A stretch of 64,000 nt of DNA from an uncultured Desulfobacter sp. Lineage in GTDB: Bacteria > Desulfobacterota > Desulfobacteria > Desulfobacterales > Desulfobacteraceae. Shown here piece by piece: positions 31,665-43,808 of the stretch. Both the position numbers and the translations under genes were made by a program. Within the stretch, counting starts at the first letter, position 1. The number at the start of each line of letters is the position of its first letter. The stretch covers positions 1,152,001 through 1,216,000 of the forward strand of contig OY762069.1 of NCBI GenBank assembly GCA_963665095.1. Direction: 5' to 3'. The notes beneath the pieces are model-generated. The model saw nothing but the letters and a program-made list of their open reading frames with translations. It made no database searches and was not told the DNA's origin.

Positions 31665-33734
31665 ATGCGCTTTCACTTCAAGACCGCTCTTATCTTAAGC
31701 AGTCTGGCAATTATCGGACTATTATCGGGAACTATTTTATTTGCGCAGTGGATAGTCGGACAAAAAGCTGCGGATAAAGTAGCATCCAATGTTTTTAATA
31801 CAACAGCTGCCAAAATCCAGGAACAGGTAAGCAATCTTATGGATGTTCCCATGAAAATTTCCGGGATAATCGCCCATTCCGAAGCGGTTGCCCCACCTGG
31901 TGACGGAGGGCTGAGTGAACCGGTTCGGAACCAGATTTTCAAGGCTCTGGAGGAATACCCGTCCATATATTCTATATATATCGGCCATGGGGATGGCAGC
32001 TTCTACCAGATTATCGCCGCAAAAGGGGATAATGCAGTTTTAGGAAAACACAATGCTTTGGAAGGCACCCAGTGGATCGTGCGAACCATTTACACCGATG
32101 TTTCAGGCAAGCGTACCCAGAGCTGGTCTTTCCTTGACAGTCGAAAACAACTTTTGAATGCACGAATAGAAGCGGCGCCTGAATACGATCCCAGGAAACG
32201 TCCCTGGTATGGGGCCGCTGTATCTTCCGGCAAAGCCGTCCTCTCGGATGTTTATATGTTCAACTCGCTGCAAAAACCCGGTATCACGGCATCCCATGCC
32301 CTGATGAAAGGTCCAGGCGTGGTAGGTGTTGATATGACATTATCCGATTTAAGTCAGTTTGTATCTGATCAGGAGATGTCGGAGAATAACGTTGTGTGTA
32401 TTTTTGACAACAAAAATCGCATTATTGCCTTGCCAAATACGTTTAAAGGTGTGCCGTTGCTCAGTGATGTTTCCAAGGTTCCGTCCGACGCGGTTCAATC
32501 CCTGTTTGACGATTAAAAGAAAAGCGACTTTTACGCTGTCAGCCGTAAACTGCTTCAGGACGGCCCTGAATTCAGCATCGGAATAGCAGCACCAAAGTCC
32601 GATTTCACCCACACCTATCGCGATATGCAGCAAAAAATTTTCTTCATCATCCTTGCCAGCCTGGTTGTCTTTGTTCCTTTAATGTTTTTCTTCAGCCAGC
32701 GTCTTGCCAGGCGGGTCAAATATCTGGCACAGGATGCAAAAAAAATCAAAAACAGGGATTTCAGCCATCCTGAAAGAGATAAAACAAAAATTATTGAGCT
32801 CTGGGTTCTTGAGCAGAGCTTTTACGATATGCGTGATGCGCTATTTGCCGCAGAGCAGCTGCGTCTGAAACAGCTTAAAGAACATAACGAGATGGAACAA
32901 TATATCCAGGAATTTCAGGCATCCATGGAAACTGTTCTCCAGGGACTGGACAGTGCGGACAGCGCTATGAAAGAGACATCGTTGGAAATGCAGACCATTG
33001 CCCAGCATACCAAACAGAAATCATCTTCTGTATCCACCTCTTTTGAAGTCACTTCCAGCAATGTTGAAACAGTGGCAGGTGCGGCTGAGAAATTGTCCAA
33101 CTCAATAGCTGAAATTGCAGCCCAGGTATCGGAAGCAACCGAATCTACAACAAAAGCCGTGAACGGTGCCAATGACACATCGGAAAAAATCCGTATCCTG
33201 GAAGACAATGTGTCCCAGATTACCCGGCAGGTTTACATGATTAATGACATCGCAGAGCAAACCAATATACTGGCGCTGAATGCAACAGTGGAAGCGGCAC
33301 GTGCCGGCGAGGCCGGAAAGGGTTTCGCCGTTGTTGCAGGTGAGGTCAAAACACTTGCCAGCCAGACTTCCCAGGCCACTGAAGAAATTTCCAGGCAGAT
33401 CGACACCATTCAAACCTCAACAAATGCATCGGTGCAGGCCATTAGTGGCGTTTCCAGCACCATTGAAGAGGTGCAGGCCATTTCCTCGGCCATTGCCACG
33501 GCCATGGAGCACCAGCGTACTACCACGGCTGAAATCGCCAGAAATGCAGAGCAGGCTGCATCAGAGACCCAGAATGTCTCAACGGAAATCCAGCATCTTC
33601 AGGAAACCGCAGAGCGGTCTGAAACTGCATCAAATGAGATAGATACGGCTGCCCGTAACCTTTCCTCCCTGGGTGAGACGCTGCGGAATACCTTGGTAAA
33701 GTTTCTTTCCCAGGTAAATGCCTCACAGGATTAA
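31665..33734 (+). pseudogene. dCache-HAMP methyl-accepting chemotaxis protein interrupted by one in-frame TAA
   Basis: ORFs 31665-32516 and 32625-33734 share a frame; after TAA 32514-32516 the frame continues KKSDFY...[10 protein letters not shown]...MQQK; YDPRKRPWY and MCP signalling motifs are present. Confidence 0.85.
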
Positions 33735-34363
33735 TCTGTATCGAAAAATTTCTTCCCCTTACAGAACAGATATTGGTGAATAACAATATTGTTGCCATTC
33801 ATGGTTTGGCTTTCCATTGTTTTTTCCTTCAGCATTTTCCATTGGGACAGCAACCGGTTAAAATGGCCTGGGCTGTGATGGCGAAAAATGGCATTCCCGG
33901 AAGAAAAACAGCCAAAAATATCAAGTTGTTTCTGTTCATACCGTTTCTGGTAATTTGGATTGTCCCCTGTTTCATAATCGCTGATATAAAGACAGGTTCC
34001 CTCATGGGAGAGGGAATCAATCAATTCAGCCAGCTCTTCCTGTTCTTTTTCGGAGGGACAGGAGGTAAAAACGGCAAAACAGAATATCAGGCCAAAGGAT
34101 TTTTTCATAAGCAAGGCAGGGTCATTTACATAGTGCGCCCCTGGATTTTCACCTAAAGCCCGATCTAGCAGGACGGCACTGGGGTCATAGCTGAAAATGT
34201 CTGAAAAGCCGGCATTTAATAGCACAGGAGTCAGGCGACCATAGCCGCATCCCAGATCAAGAACAGGTTTCTGCCTGTCAACGCCTGCGATCCACCTTAA
34301 ACAGACAGGATGCGTAAATGTTTTTCCAGCCCCTTCATTATTCCAGTACTCTGTATTTTTCAT
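33731..34363 (-). CDS. Class I SAM-dependent methyltransferase
   Basis: [10 protein letters not shown] motif I. Confidence 0.85.
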   Translation of the reverse strand: MKNTEYWNNEGAGKTFTHPVCLRWIAGVDRQKPVLDLGCGYGRLTPVLLNAGFSDIFSYDPSAVLLDRALGENPGAHYVNDPALLMKKSFGLIFCFAVFTSCPSEKEQEELAELIDSLSHEGTCLYISDYETGDNPNYQKRYEQKQLDIFGCFSSGNAIFRHHSPGHFNRLLSQWKMLKEKTMESQTMNGNNIVIHQYLFCKGKKFFDTD

Positions 34364-34413
34364 ATTGCGCCTTCGTAACCGGTCAGAATCAAAAGGTTCA
34401 GGATGGGCACCGA

Positions 34414-35526
34414 TTAACAGGTATACATTTCAATCCGGTTCCGTCCTGCGCTTTTCGCTTTATACAAGGCCTTGTCTGCCTGGGACAGAATCAGGTCAAC
34501 GTCCTTATTTTCCGGATTAACGGCGGTAATCCCGATGCTCACCGTGACGGCCTGGCCGGTTCCCGGGTGCAGGATGGCTGCATGCTTAAGATTCTCCTGA
34601 ATCTGTTCTGCAATATTTACCGCGCCGTTCATGTCAGTATATCCCAGAACAACAAGGAACTCCTCTCCACCGTATCTGAAGACCCAGTCTGTATTTCGAC
34701 AGACTGATTCTTTCAGAATAGAGGAAACGCTTTTCAGGCACTGATCTCCCTGAAGATGGCCGCCGGTATCGTTAAATGATTTAAAATAGTCTATGTCTAT
34801 CATCAACACACAAAAGGGGCGGGATGTCCGGTTATACACACTGATAAACCTTGCGATTTCATCCCTCATATGGCTTCGGTTATACAGTCCGGTCAGGCTG
34901 TCGGTCATTGACAGCTTTTCAAGCATTATCCGGCGCTTCTGATTGTCAGACCGCTCTTTCTCATAGGCTTTTTCAAATGTGGTCAAAAGCAGGGCCGCAA
35001 AAGCCAGCACCACAGGGACATTAATAATCCAGTCCAGCAACTGCTGCCCAGGGCTCATTGTCTTGAACAAAGAGGGATGACAATAAAAAAGCCAGATCAG
35101 ACAAAGGGCCAGAAAGATCTGGCACAGATTCAAAAAAATACGCTCCCGTCCCGAAGTCAGCGTATTGACCATAATCAGAGCCAGAAAGGAATAAGTAATA
35201 CTTGGTGACACCAGTCCGGAACTGGCCAGCCAGCCCACCGGCAAAATAATCAGCGAAAGAAAATAGATCCCGATGCGGTACAATACAATGGCAGAAAGTG
35301 TATTTCTCACACCCATCACGATCAGTGCCGAATTAAACAGTGCAACAAAAATCCATTTATAATTATAGGAAGCGTTTAATCCTGACAGGATATTGGTCAT
35401 CACCGTAAAAAGTGACATGCCTGTCAAAAAAATCATGTAATAGAAAAAGATTTTATGTTTGACATCTTTTGTATTGGTAAACCAGGTTTTCAGTTGTTCT
35501 AAATGGTCAATGATCATATTCGACAT
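34414..35526 (-). CDS. Multi-TM diguanylate cyclase
   Basis: Several TMs; DSLTGLYNR, DIDYFK, RYGGEEF. Confidence 0.92.
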   Translation of the reverse strand: MSNMIIDHLEQLKTWFTNTKDVKHKIFFYYMIFLTGMSLFTVMTNILSGLNASYNYKWIFVALFNSALIVMGVRNTLSAIVLYRIGIYFLSLIILPVGWLASSGLVSPSITYSFLALIMVNTLTSGRERIFLNLCQIFLALCLIWLFYCHPSLFKTMSPGQQLLDWIINVPVVLAFAALLLTTFEKAYEKERSDNQKRRIMLEKLSMTDSLTGLYNRSHMRDEIARFISVYNRTSRPFCVLMIDIDYFKSFNDTGGHLQGDQCLKSVSSILKESVCRNTDWVFRYGGEEFLVVLGYTDMNGAVNIAEQIQENLKHAAILHPGTGQAVTVSIGITAVNPENKDVDLILSQADKALYKAKSAGRNRIEMYTC

Positions 35527-35634
35527 GTCACCTGTGAGTTTATAATATTTTCAAGTGCTGCAATATATACTATTGGGCAAAGGCATGTTTCAATGATATA
35601 TATCGTTTTTTGATTGTAACAGGAAATTATCCGC

Positions 35635-36549
35635 ATGCTCCCGTTTTTTAAACAGGCACTGAAAAACACCTCCCTTCCGGACAAGGCAGCCCCCTTGCTG
35701 ATGATGGGAGCCGCGCTGCTTTTCACCATAATGTCAACCATTGTAAAATTGATGCCCCAGGGATATACAGCCTGGCACTTAGGCTTTGTCAGATTCATGG
35801 GCGGCCTGGTAATACTGGTCTCTTACTCCCTTTCAAGGAAAGAGAATCCGTTTAAAGGCAATAACATTCCACTGCTGATCATCAGAGGCTTTACCGGAAC
35901 CATCGCCTTTCTGGCGGCCATTACAGCCATCCGGGCACTGCCGCTGTCAACCGCCTGTGTGCTTTTTTATGCCTACCCTGTATTTGCAGCCCTTTTTGGT
36001 GTATTTCTTTATAGGGAGCATATCTCACCAGCCCAGCTTGCCTGTATTGTCATCATGATCCTGGGCGTGATCATATTATATAAGTTTGGCTTTACCGGCA
36101 GCGCCTATGGTCTGATTGTATCTGTGATAGCATCCGTCTTTGCGGGGTTGACCGCCACCCTGATCCGGGCACTAAAAATATACAACGGGGTAGCTGTCAT
36201 ATATTTATACTTCTGTGCCACAGGTGCCGCTGTGACACTGATCCCCTGTCTCATGAATCCGATTATCCCGGGCACGGTGCTTGAGTGGGCCATGCTGGCA
36301 GCCATTGCCCTGTTGTCCCTGGCAGCCCAGCTTATGATGAATTACGGGTTCCACTTCTGTGCGGGATTTGAAGGCGGGGTATACATGTCAACGGAAACTG
36401 TGTTTACTGCCGTAATCGGCATCTGTTTTCTCAATGATCCCGCCTCCTGGAATTTCTGGACCGGCGGCCTTCTGATTCTTGGATCGGGCCTGGCTTTAAA
36501 CCGTATCTCCCAGCAACATCTAAAAACAGATAAAGGACATACGCCATGA
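35635..36549 (+). CDS. DMT/EamA family transporter
   Basis: About 10 hydrophobic segments with EamA-repeat pattern. Confidence 0.85.
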   Translation: MLPFFKQALKNTSLPDKAAPLLMMGAALLFTIMSTIVKLMPQGYTAWHLGFVRFMGGLVILVSYSLSRKENPFKGNNIPLLIIRGFTGTIAFLAAITAIRALPLSTACVLFYAYPVFAALFGVFLYREHISPAQLACIVIMILGVIILYKFGFTGSAYGLIVSVIASVFAGLTATLIRALKIYNGVAVIYLYFCATGAAVTLIPCLMNPIIPGTVLEWAMLAAIALLSLAAQLMMNYGFHFCAGFEGGVYMSTETVFTAVIGICFLNDPASWNFWTGGLLILGSGLALNRISQQHLKTDKGHTP

Positions 36550-36896
36550 TCACATCATATACCTTCGGACAGATGGCCATTGGCCCGGATATTTACACCG
36601 CCGATCTGATTATTTGCCCGGACAGAGAAATCCTGCCCAACTGGCGCAGAAAACAGGGCCATATACTGGAACTTGCGGATTTAACATCTCTACTGAAAAA
36701 AAAGCCGGAAGTGATCATTGCCGGCACAGGCGTCAATGACCGCATGAGGATGGCACCCGGTCTGAGTCGTACGCTTTCCAATATATGCATTGAGCTTCAG
36801 CCCCTGGCAACGGACAAGGCGGTGGCGTTGTTTAACACCATGATTGTAAAGACCCCGGACAAGGCTGTCAGTGCCTGTTTTCACCTGACATGCTGA
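36546..36896 (+). CDS. Mth938-like (DUF498) protein
   Basis: MITSYTFG, WRRKQGH, IIAGTG, C-terminal FHLTC. Confidence 0.85.
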   Translation: MITSYTFGQMAIGPDIYTADLIICPDREILPNWRRKQGHILELADLTSLLKKKPEVIIAGTGVNDRMRMAPGLSRTLSNICIELQPLATDKAVALFNTMIVKTPDKAVSACFHLTC

Positions 36897-36933
36897 TCCC
36901 GGGCTCAAATAAGTATCAGGGCATCTAAGACAT

Positions 36934-37470
36934 ATGTCTTTTGAAAATCCCAATCAAGATCGGTTCCGTTTCTGCCCGGCATGTGGCATCCAGCGCCTTG
37001 AACCCGACGGCATAAAATCCTTCAGGTGCCGGCAGTGTGGTTTTAATTTCTTTATCAACTGTGCTGCCGCTGCCATGGCTATCATTTTAGATGATCAGGA
37101 CAGGATTTTAGTTACCTTGCGGGCAAGGGATCCCGGGAAAGGTACTCTGGATCTTCCCGGAGGATTTGCCGAACCAGGGGAGAGCATCATTCAAAGCCTT
37201 GTCAGGGAAGTCAAAGAAGAGCTCAATCTGGACATTTTCGATCTACAGTTTTTCTGTTCATCTGCAAATACCTATTCTTATCATTCGGTGGTATATCCAG
37301 TTACAGACATGGCCTTTACCTGCAGCGTCAACGATTTTTCTCATATTGCCCCCATGGACGATGTGGCGGCATTTCAATTCATTCCGGTCCGTGACCTTGA
37401 TACCCGGAAATTTGGCATGGGATCAGCCCGAAAGGTGCTTGAACGGTTCAAAGAGACCCATCTGTCCTGA
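36934..37470 (+). CDS. NUDIX hydrolase with N-terminal zinc ribbon
   Basis: FCPACG...CRQCG; LPGGFAEPGES....LVREVKEELN. Confidence 0.9.
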   Translation: MSFENPNQDRFRFCPACGIQRLEPDGIKSFRCRQCGFNFFINCAAAAMAIILDDQDRILVTLRARDPGKGTLDLPGGFAEPGESIIQSLVREVKEELNLDIFDLQFFCSSANTYSYHSVVYPVTDMAFTCSVNDFSHIAPMDDVAAFQFIPVRDLDTRKFGMGSARKVLERFKETHLS

Positions 37471-37573
37471 CAATATTATCATTGGATTAGAAAAATATAA
37501 AAAACTGACAGCTGTAAAGAGAGGAAAAGCGAACCATATTGCTAATTAAGCCGATTTGTGGTTTAAACTTGAC

Positions 37574-39724
37574 ATGAAAAAAAGATATTATCGTTCCGGG
37601 AAAAAAAATTCCGAAACCAGAACCTCCCGTCCTACACACTACCCTGAACTGACCCCCGGGGCAGACAAGACATTAAAAAAAATTTTCAGCCGGATCGGTG
37701 TTCCTGAAAAAACCCCGTTCGCCCCGGATCCCTTCCAGCTAGAAGCGCTTGAAGCTATTAATGTGTCAGACTGCCTTGTCACAGCCCCCACAGGTGCCGG
37801 CAAAACCTGGATTGCCGAACAGGCTACCAGTAGCGTGCTTGAGAACAATGGAAAGGTCTGGTATGCCACCCCGCTTAAAGCGTTGACCAACTCTATCCAT
37901 GCCGGTTTTTCAAAAATATTCGGCAAGGAAAGGGTGGGTATTCTCACCGGGGACATCAAGGAGAATACCAGCGCTGCCATTATTATCGGCACCACTGAAA
38001 TTTTGCGCAACCAGCTCTATGATGCCATGTACACAGGCAAAGACCTGAACTGTGATCTGATTATTCTGGATGAGGCCCACTATTTAGGGGATGCTGAGCG
38101 CGGTGTGGTCTGGGAAGAGATCATGATCTATCTGCCGGTGCGCATTCCTTTGCTGCTGCTATCCGCCACCATTGGAAATCCGGACCAGATTGCAGGCTGG
38201 CTGACCGCCATCCGGGGCAAGGCATGCAAAGTGGTGGAAAACTATAACCGGCCGGTGCCTCTCTTTCCTTTATTTTTCCATCCGTCAGGGACCTTATACC
38301 CGTTACTTGAAAAACCGGATAAAAACCGGCAGCGGACACGCCTTCACAAAAAAGTATATGAATTCAACCAGTCCCACAAAAAACCGATGCTGGCGCCCAC
38401 CGGCAAACTGCCAAGGTTTGCAGATATCCTCAAGGTCATGGCCCATTTTGACCTGTTGCCGGCCATATTTTTTCTGAAATCCCGGGCTGAATGTGACCAG
38501 GCTGTAAAATTATGCGACAGCAGCCTGATCAGCAAATCACCTGAAAGAAAACAGGCCCTGATGGACCGGCTGGTGCAGCTCACAAGTAACAATCCCCATC
38601 TGTCAGCCCATCCCCAGCGCCAGTACCTGGAAGAAACCGCTACTGCAGCCCATCACTCCGGCCATCTGCCTGCCTGGAAGGTGGTGGTGGAAACCCTGAT
38701 GGCTGAAGGGCTGCTGGACGCCATGTTTGCCACCTCCACGGTGGCTGCCGGCGTTAATTTCCCGGCACGGTCCGTGGTGATCCTCAATTCAGACCGGTTT
38801 AACGGCAAGGATTTTTTATCCCTCACCCCCAGCGAATTTCAGCAGATGGCCGGCCGGGCCGGTCGAAGGGGTATGGACAACATCGGATTTGCCACAGTAC
38901 TGCCAGGTAAATACATGGATGTCTCCCTGGTGGGTAAGCTGGTCAGTGCCCCGCCCCTGAACGTGGAATCCCAGATCAGAATTGATTTTTCCATGGTGCT
39001 CAACCTGTTGCTCTCCCACACCCCGGAACAGGTGCGTACGCTTCTGGAGCACTCCTTTGCCTCCTATCTGATTGCTACGGGTTCGGACACCGGAAAAAGC
39101 GGGAGAAAAGCCAGAAAAAAATTCGGCAATGACCTGGAATATCTGTGGCTCGATTTTACAGAGCACATGGACTTTTTAATCCAGGAGGGCTTTGTCACCC
39201 CGGAAGGCGCAACGCCCTGTGCCTTGACAGATGACGGCATATGGGCATCCAAGCTACGTATTGACTCGCCGCTGCTGGTGGCCCAGGGGTTGAGAGACAG
39301 CCTGTTGCCGGAAAGAGATCCGGCCCTTCTGGCGGCCATGATGGCATCCTTTGTCAATGAAAAGGAGTTCAAGGATGATATGCTGTTTCAGGCAGCACTG
39401 TCCAAACGGCTTAAGGATGCGTTCCTGAATCTGCGAAGAGGCCTTAAGCCCTTTGCCATTCAAATGCTCAAGTCCGGTTTTGCCGCTCCCAACCTCTTTA
39501 TCCAGCCGGCTTTTCTGGTCTATTCCTGGGCCCATGATGCCCCCTGGGATGAACTGATGCGCAAATCCGATTTTGCAGAAGGGGATTTTGCCCGCCTGAT
39601 TCTAAGAACAGCTGAAAATCTGCGCCAGATGACCCATCTGGATCAGGATTTCCCTGAGATTGCCCGGACTGCGAAAGAGGCCATTGATATGATACTTAAA
39701 GAGCCTGTGGCCACAGAATTTTAA
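37574..39724 (+). CDS. Ski2-like (HelY-type) DEAH-box helicase
   Basis: APTGAGKT, PLKALTN, TGD, TTEILRN, DEAH, LSAT, QMAGRAGRRG, DSHCT-like C-terminus (EGDFARLILRT). Confidence 0.9.
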   Translation: MKKRYYRSGKKNSETRTSRPTHYPELTPGADKTLKKIFSRIGVPEKTPFAPDPFQLEALEAINVSDCLVTAPTGAGKTWIAEQATSSVLENNGKVWYATPLKALTNSIHAGFSKIFGKERVGILTGDIKENTSAAIIIGTTEILRNQLYDAMYTGKDLNCDLIILDEAHYLGDAERGVVWEEIMIYLPVRIPLLLLSATIGNPDQIAGWLTAIRGKACKVVENYNRPVPLFPLFFHPSGTLYPLLEKPDKNRQRTRLHKKVYEFNQSHKKPMLAPTGKLPRFADILKVMAHFDLLPAIFFLKSRAECDQAVKLCDSSLISKSPERKQALMDRLVQLTSNNPHLSAHPQRQYLEETATAAHHSGHLPAWKVVVETLMAEGLLDAMFATSTVAAGVNFPARSVVILNSDRFNGKDFLSLTPSEFQQMAGRAGRRGMDNIGFATVLPGKYMDVSLVGKLVSAPPLNVESQIRIDFSMVLNLLLSHTPEQVRTLLEHSFASYLIATGSDTGKSGRKARKKFGNDLEYLWLDFTEHMDFLIQEGFVTPEGATPCALTDDGIWASKLRIDSPLLVAQGLRDSLLPERDPALLAAMMASFVNEKEFKDDMLFQAALSKRLKDAFLNLRRGLKPFAIQMLKSGFAAPNLFIQPAFLVYSWAHDAPWDELMRKSDFAEGDFARLILRTAENLRQMTHLDQDFPEIARTAKEAIDMILKEPVATEF

Positions 39725-39744
39725 CTATAAAGGAGAAACTATAA

Positions 39745-40128
39745 ATGACACCTGTTATTGCAAAAAATGCCCCGGCTGCTGTGGGGCCCTATTCCCATGC
39801 TGTTACTCACAACGGGATGGTCTACTGTTCAGGCCAGATATCCTTAGATCCCGGCACCGGCCAGATGGTGGGGACATCCATTGAGGAACAGACCCGGCAG
39901 GTCATGGCCAACCTTGACACCGTGCTCAAAGCGTGCGGGTCAGGCCTTACATCCATTGTAAAAACAACGGTATTCCTGGCCTCCATGGCGGATTTTATTG
40001 CCATGAACCAGGTGTACGAAGCAGCGCTTGAGGGCCATAAACCAGCCCGGTCTGCCTTTGAGGTGGGCCGCCTTCCCAAGGATGCCCTGGTGGAAATCGA
40101 GTGCATCGCTGTCCAGGACAACGCATAA
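39745..40128 (+). CDS. ridA: RidA family reactive-imine deaminase
   Basis: [34 protein letters not shown]. Confidence 0.92.
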   Translation: MTPVIAKNAPAAVGPYSHAVTHNGMVYCSGQISLDPGTGQMVGTSIEEQTRQVMANLDTVLKACGSGLTSIVKTTVFLASMADFIAMNQVYEAALEGHKPARSAFEVGRLPKDALVEIECIAVQDNA

Positions 40129-40144
40129 GAACAAAGGAGCCTCC

Positions 40145-41827
<1,683 letters not shown>

Positions 41828-41857
41828 ATAAGATTAAAACACATTTAAGTGTCATAC

Positions 41858-41895
41858 TCCCGGCAGGGACAAGAAAGCCCTGCCGGGACTTTTTT
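41858..41895 (+). terminator. Rho-independent terminator
   Basis: TCCCGGCAGGG/CCCTGCCGGGA stem followed by a T run after ettA. Confidence 0.8.
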
Positions 41896-41907
41896 AATGG
41901 AACGATT

Positions 41908-42810
41908 ATGCCTGATATCAGGAAAAAACATCTGACCGCTCACACCCGGGGACTGTTTCTGATTCATGGGGCTGTATTTCTGTTCGGTTTTGCCGGACTT
42001 TTTGCCAAATTTCTGGACTGCAGCTCCTTGTGGCTGGTTTTTGGCCGGACGGTTTTTGCAAGCCTTACCCTGGTGGTCTGGGCCATGGCAGGCAGTCGTG
42101 TCAGCCTTGGGGTAAAAAATGCAAAGGATCTTTTTTTCTTCGTTCTCCAGGGAATTTTACTGGCCATTCACTGGCTCACCTTTTTCACATCCATTCAGGT
42201 TTCTTCCGTGGCAATCGGGCTTGTCACCTTCTCAAGCTTTCCCTTATTTGTGACCTTTATGGAGCCACTTTTTTTCAAGGAACCCTTTAAACAGGCAGAC
42301 CTGCTGACTGCGGCAGCTGTATTTGGGGGTATCGTACTGGTGGTTCCGGATATGGATCTGAACAATCAGGTAACCCTGGGAAGTATTTACGGTCTGTTAT
42401 CCGGTTTTACCTTTGCAGTCTTAGGTCTTGTAAACCGAAGAAACGCCAGAAACTGCCACCCCATCTGTGCAGCCTTTTATCAGAATCTGTTTGCCGCACT
42501 CTGCCTTGTGTTTCCTGTGGCGTTTACCTCTGCGGTGCTTCCTTCCATCGGGGATATTGTACTGCTTGGGGTCCTCGGCGTTGTGTTTACCGCGCTGGCC
42601 CACGGATGCTTTATCAGCGGGCTGACCATAATCCGGGTGCAGACAGCATCTGTGATTGCAGGCATGGAGCCTGTTTACGGAATTGTATTCGCCTTTATTC
42701 TGCTTAAAGAAGTTCCGAGCCTCTCCACACTTGCCGGCGGGGCTTTGATCATTGGCGCCGTGCTCTGTGCAGGAATTTTCAGCAAAATAAAAAGCAACCC
42801 GCCTGCTTAA
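41908..42810 (+). CDS. DMT/EamA family transporter
   Basis: Hydrophobic; HWLTFF.SIQ, FMEP, MEPVYG. Confidence 0.88.
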   Translation: MPDIRKKHLTAHTRGLFLIHGAVFLFGFAGLFAKFLDCSSLWLVFGRTVFASLTLVVWAMAGSRVSLGVKNAKDLFFFVLQGILLAIHWLTFFTSIQVSSVAIGLVTFSSFPLFVTFMEPLFFKEPFKQADLLTAAAVFGGIVLVVPDMDLNNQVTLGSIYGLLSGFTFAVLGLVNRRNARNCHPICAAFYQNLFAALCLVFPVAFTSAVLPSIGDIVLLGVLGVVFTALAHGCFISGLTIIRVQTASVIAGMEPVYGIVFAFILLKEVPSLSTLAGGALIIGAVLCAGIFSKIKSNPPA

Positions 42811-42950
42811 TTCAAAAAACCCGGGACGACTTCTTCAATCGTCACCGGGTTAAAATCTATATAAAAACGTTAAATGAAATTTATAATAAATTCATTAATC
42901 AGGATGTACTAAATGGGCATCTACCAGTCGATTTTTTATTCCAGACCTGC

Positions 42951-43319
42951 CTAAACATTCTGGTCAAATAAAAATCCGGCAAGATCACTCATTTTGTCCT
43001 GCAGAGCAAGCATCTCGTCTGATGGAAACTGGCGAATCAGTTCTTCCGATTCCTTGTCAAAAATTTTGACAACAATCTCATTATTCTCTTCGTGAACTGA
43101 AAAGCTTAACTTGGTCTGAATGGTTTCGCTCATTTCCTGAAAAGATTCCACCATTTCCCTGACCTCTTCGGTACTCATCTGCTGGTCGCTGGCTGAACTG
43201 GCGGTCTCCTGAACTTCCTTTGTTTCTGCTTTTTCCACACTCTGAAGCTTATCAACAGAAATCAAAGGTGTTCTTTCCTGGACATCCTGTACGCTTTGTA
43301 AAGTTGCCGTCATGCTCAT
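42951..43319 (-). CDS. flaG: Flagellar protein FlaG
   Basis: LSFSVHEENNEIVVKIFD.ES.ELIRQFPSDE...GFLFD. Confidence 0.9.
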   Translation of the reverse strand: MSMTATLQSVQDVQERTPLISVDKLQSVEKAETKEVQETASSASDQQMSTEEVREMVESFQEMSETIQTKLSFSVHEENNEIVVKIFDKESEELIRQFPSDEMLALQDKMSDLAGFLFDQNV

Positions 43320-43395
43320 CTTCTCTCTCCCGTCTTAAAAAACTGCCGCATGAAAAGGCAGGCATTTTCTTTATTAAATAAAATCCTTACAATAC

Positions 43396-43422
43396 ATTTC
43401 GGCTAAAACGGCAAATTCTTTA
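43396..43422 (-). promoter_or_regulatory. Sigma28 (FliA) promoter of flaG
   Basis: Minus strand TAAA-N15-GCCGAAAT versus consensus TAAA-N15-GCCGATAA. Confidence 0.75.
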
Positions 43423-43492
43423 GAAATAATTGAAAAATTCGCTTACACTTTTTAACACAGCAATAAAAATAAAGGCAAGGTATGACTGATAA

Positions 43493-43766
43493 GTTGCATA
43501 TTTGAAACCTGAATCAATTGATATGTCAGGAAAGGATATTGCATAATTGCGGATGGTATTAAACAACACGCATCCGTTTTTAAGAACGGCCCCGGACACT
43601 AAAAATTAATAACACCCTAATTTTAAAATATTAAACCATGACTCCATAGCCCATTCATACTCTATTTACAAAAATAATTCACCCAAATCACATACAGGTT
43701 TCAGGGTTGCAGTCATGCATTCATTAAACAGAAACCCAAGGGATGAATAGTTTGCAAAAACGCGCC
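43493..43766. promoter_or_regulatory. Candidate autoregulatory sites of the sigma54 activator
   Basis: GTTGCA-tatt-TGAAAC (43493-43508), GTTGCA-gtca-TGCATT (43706-43721), TTTGCA-aaaa-CGCGCC (43751-43766). Confidence 0.5.
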
Positions 43767-43808
43767 TGATATGGTTTAACTATGGTCAAATTTTTTAAGG
43801 ACTCGGAT

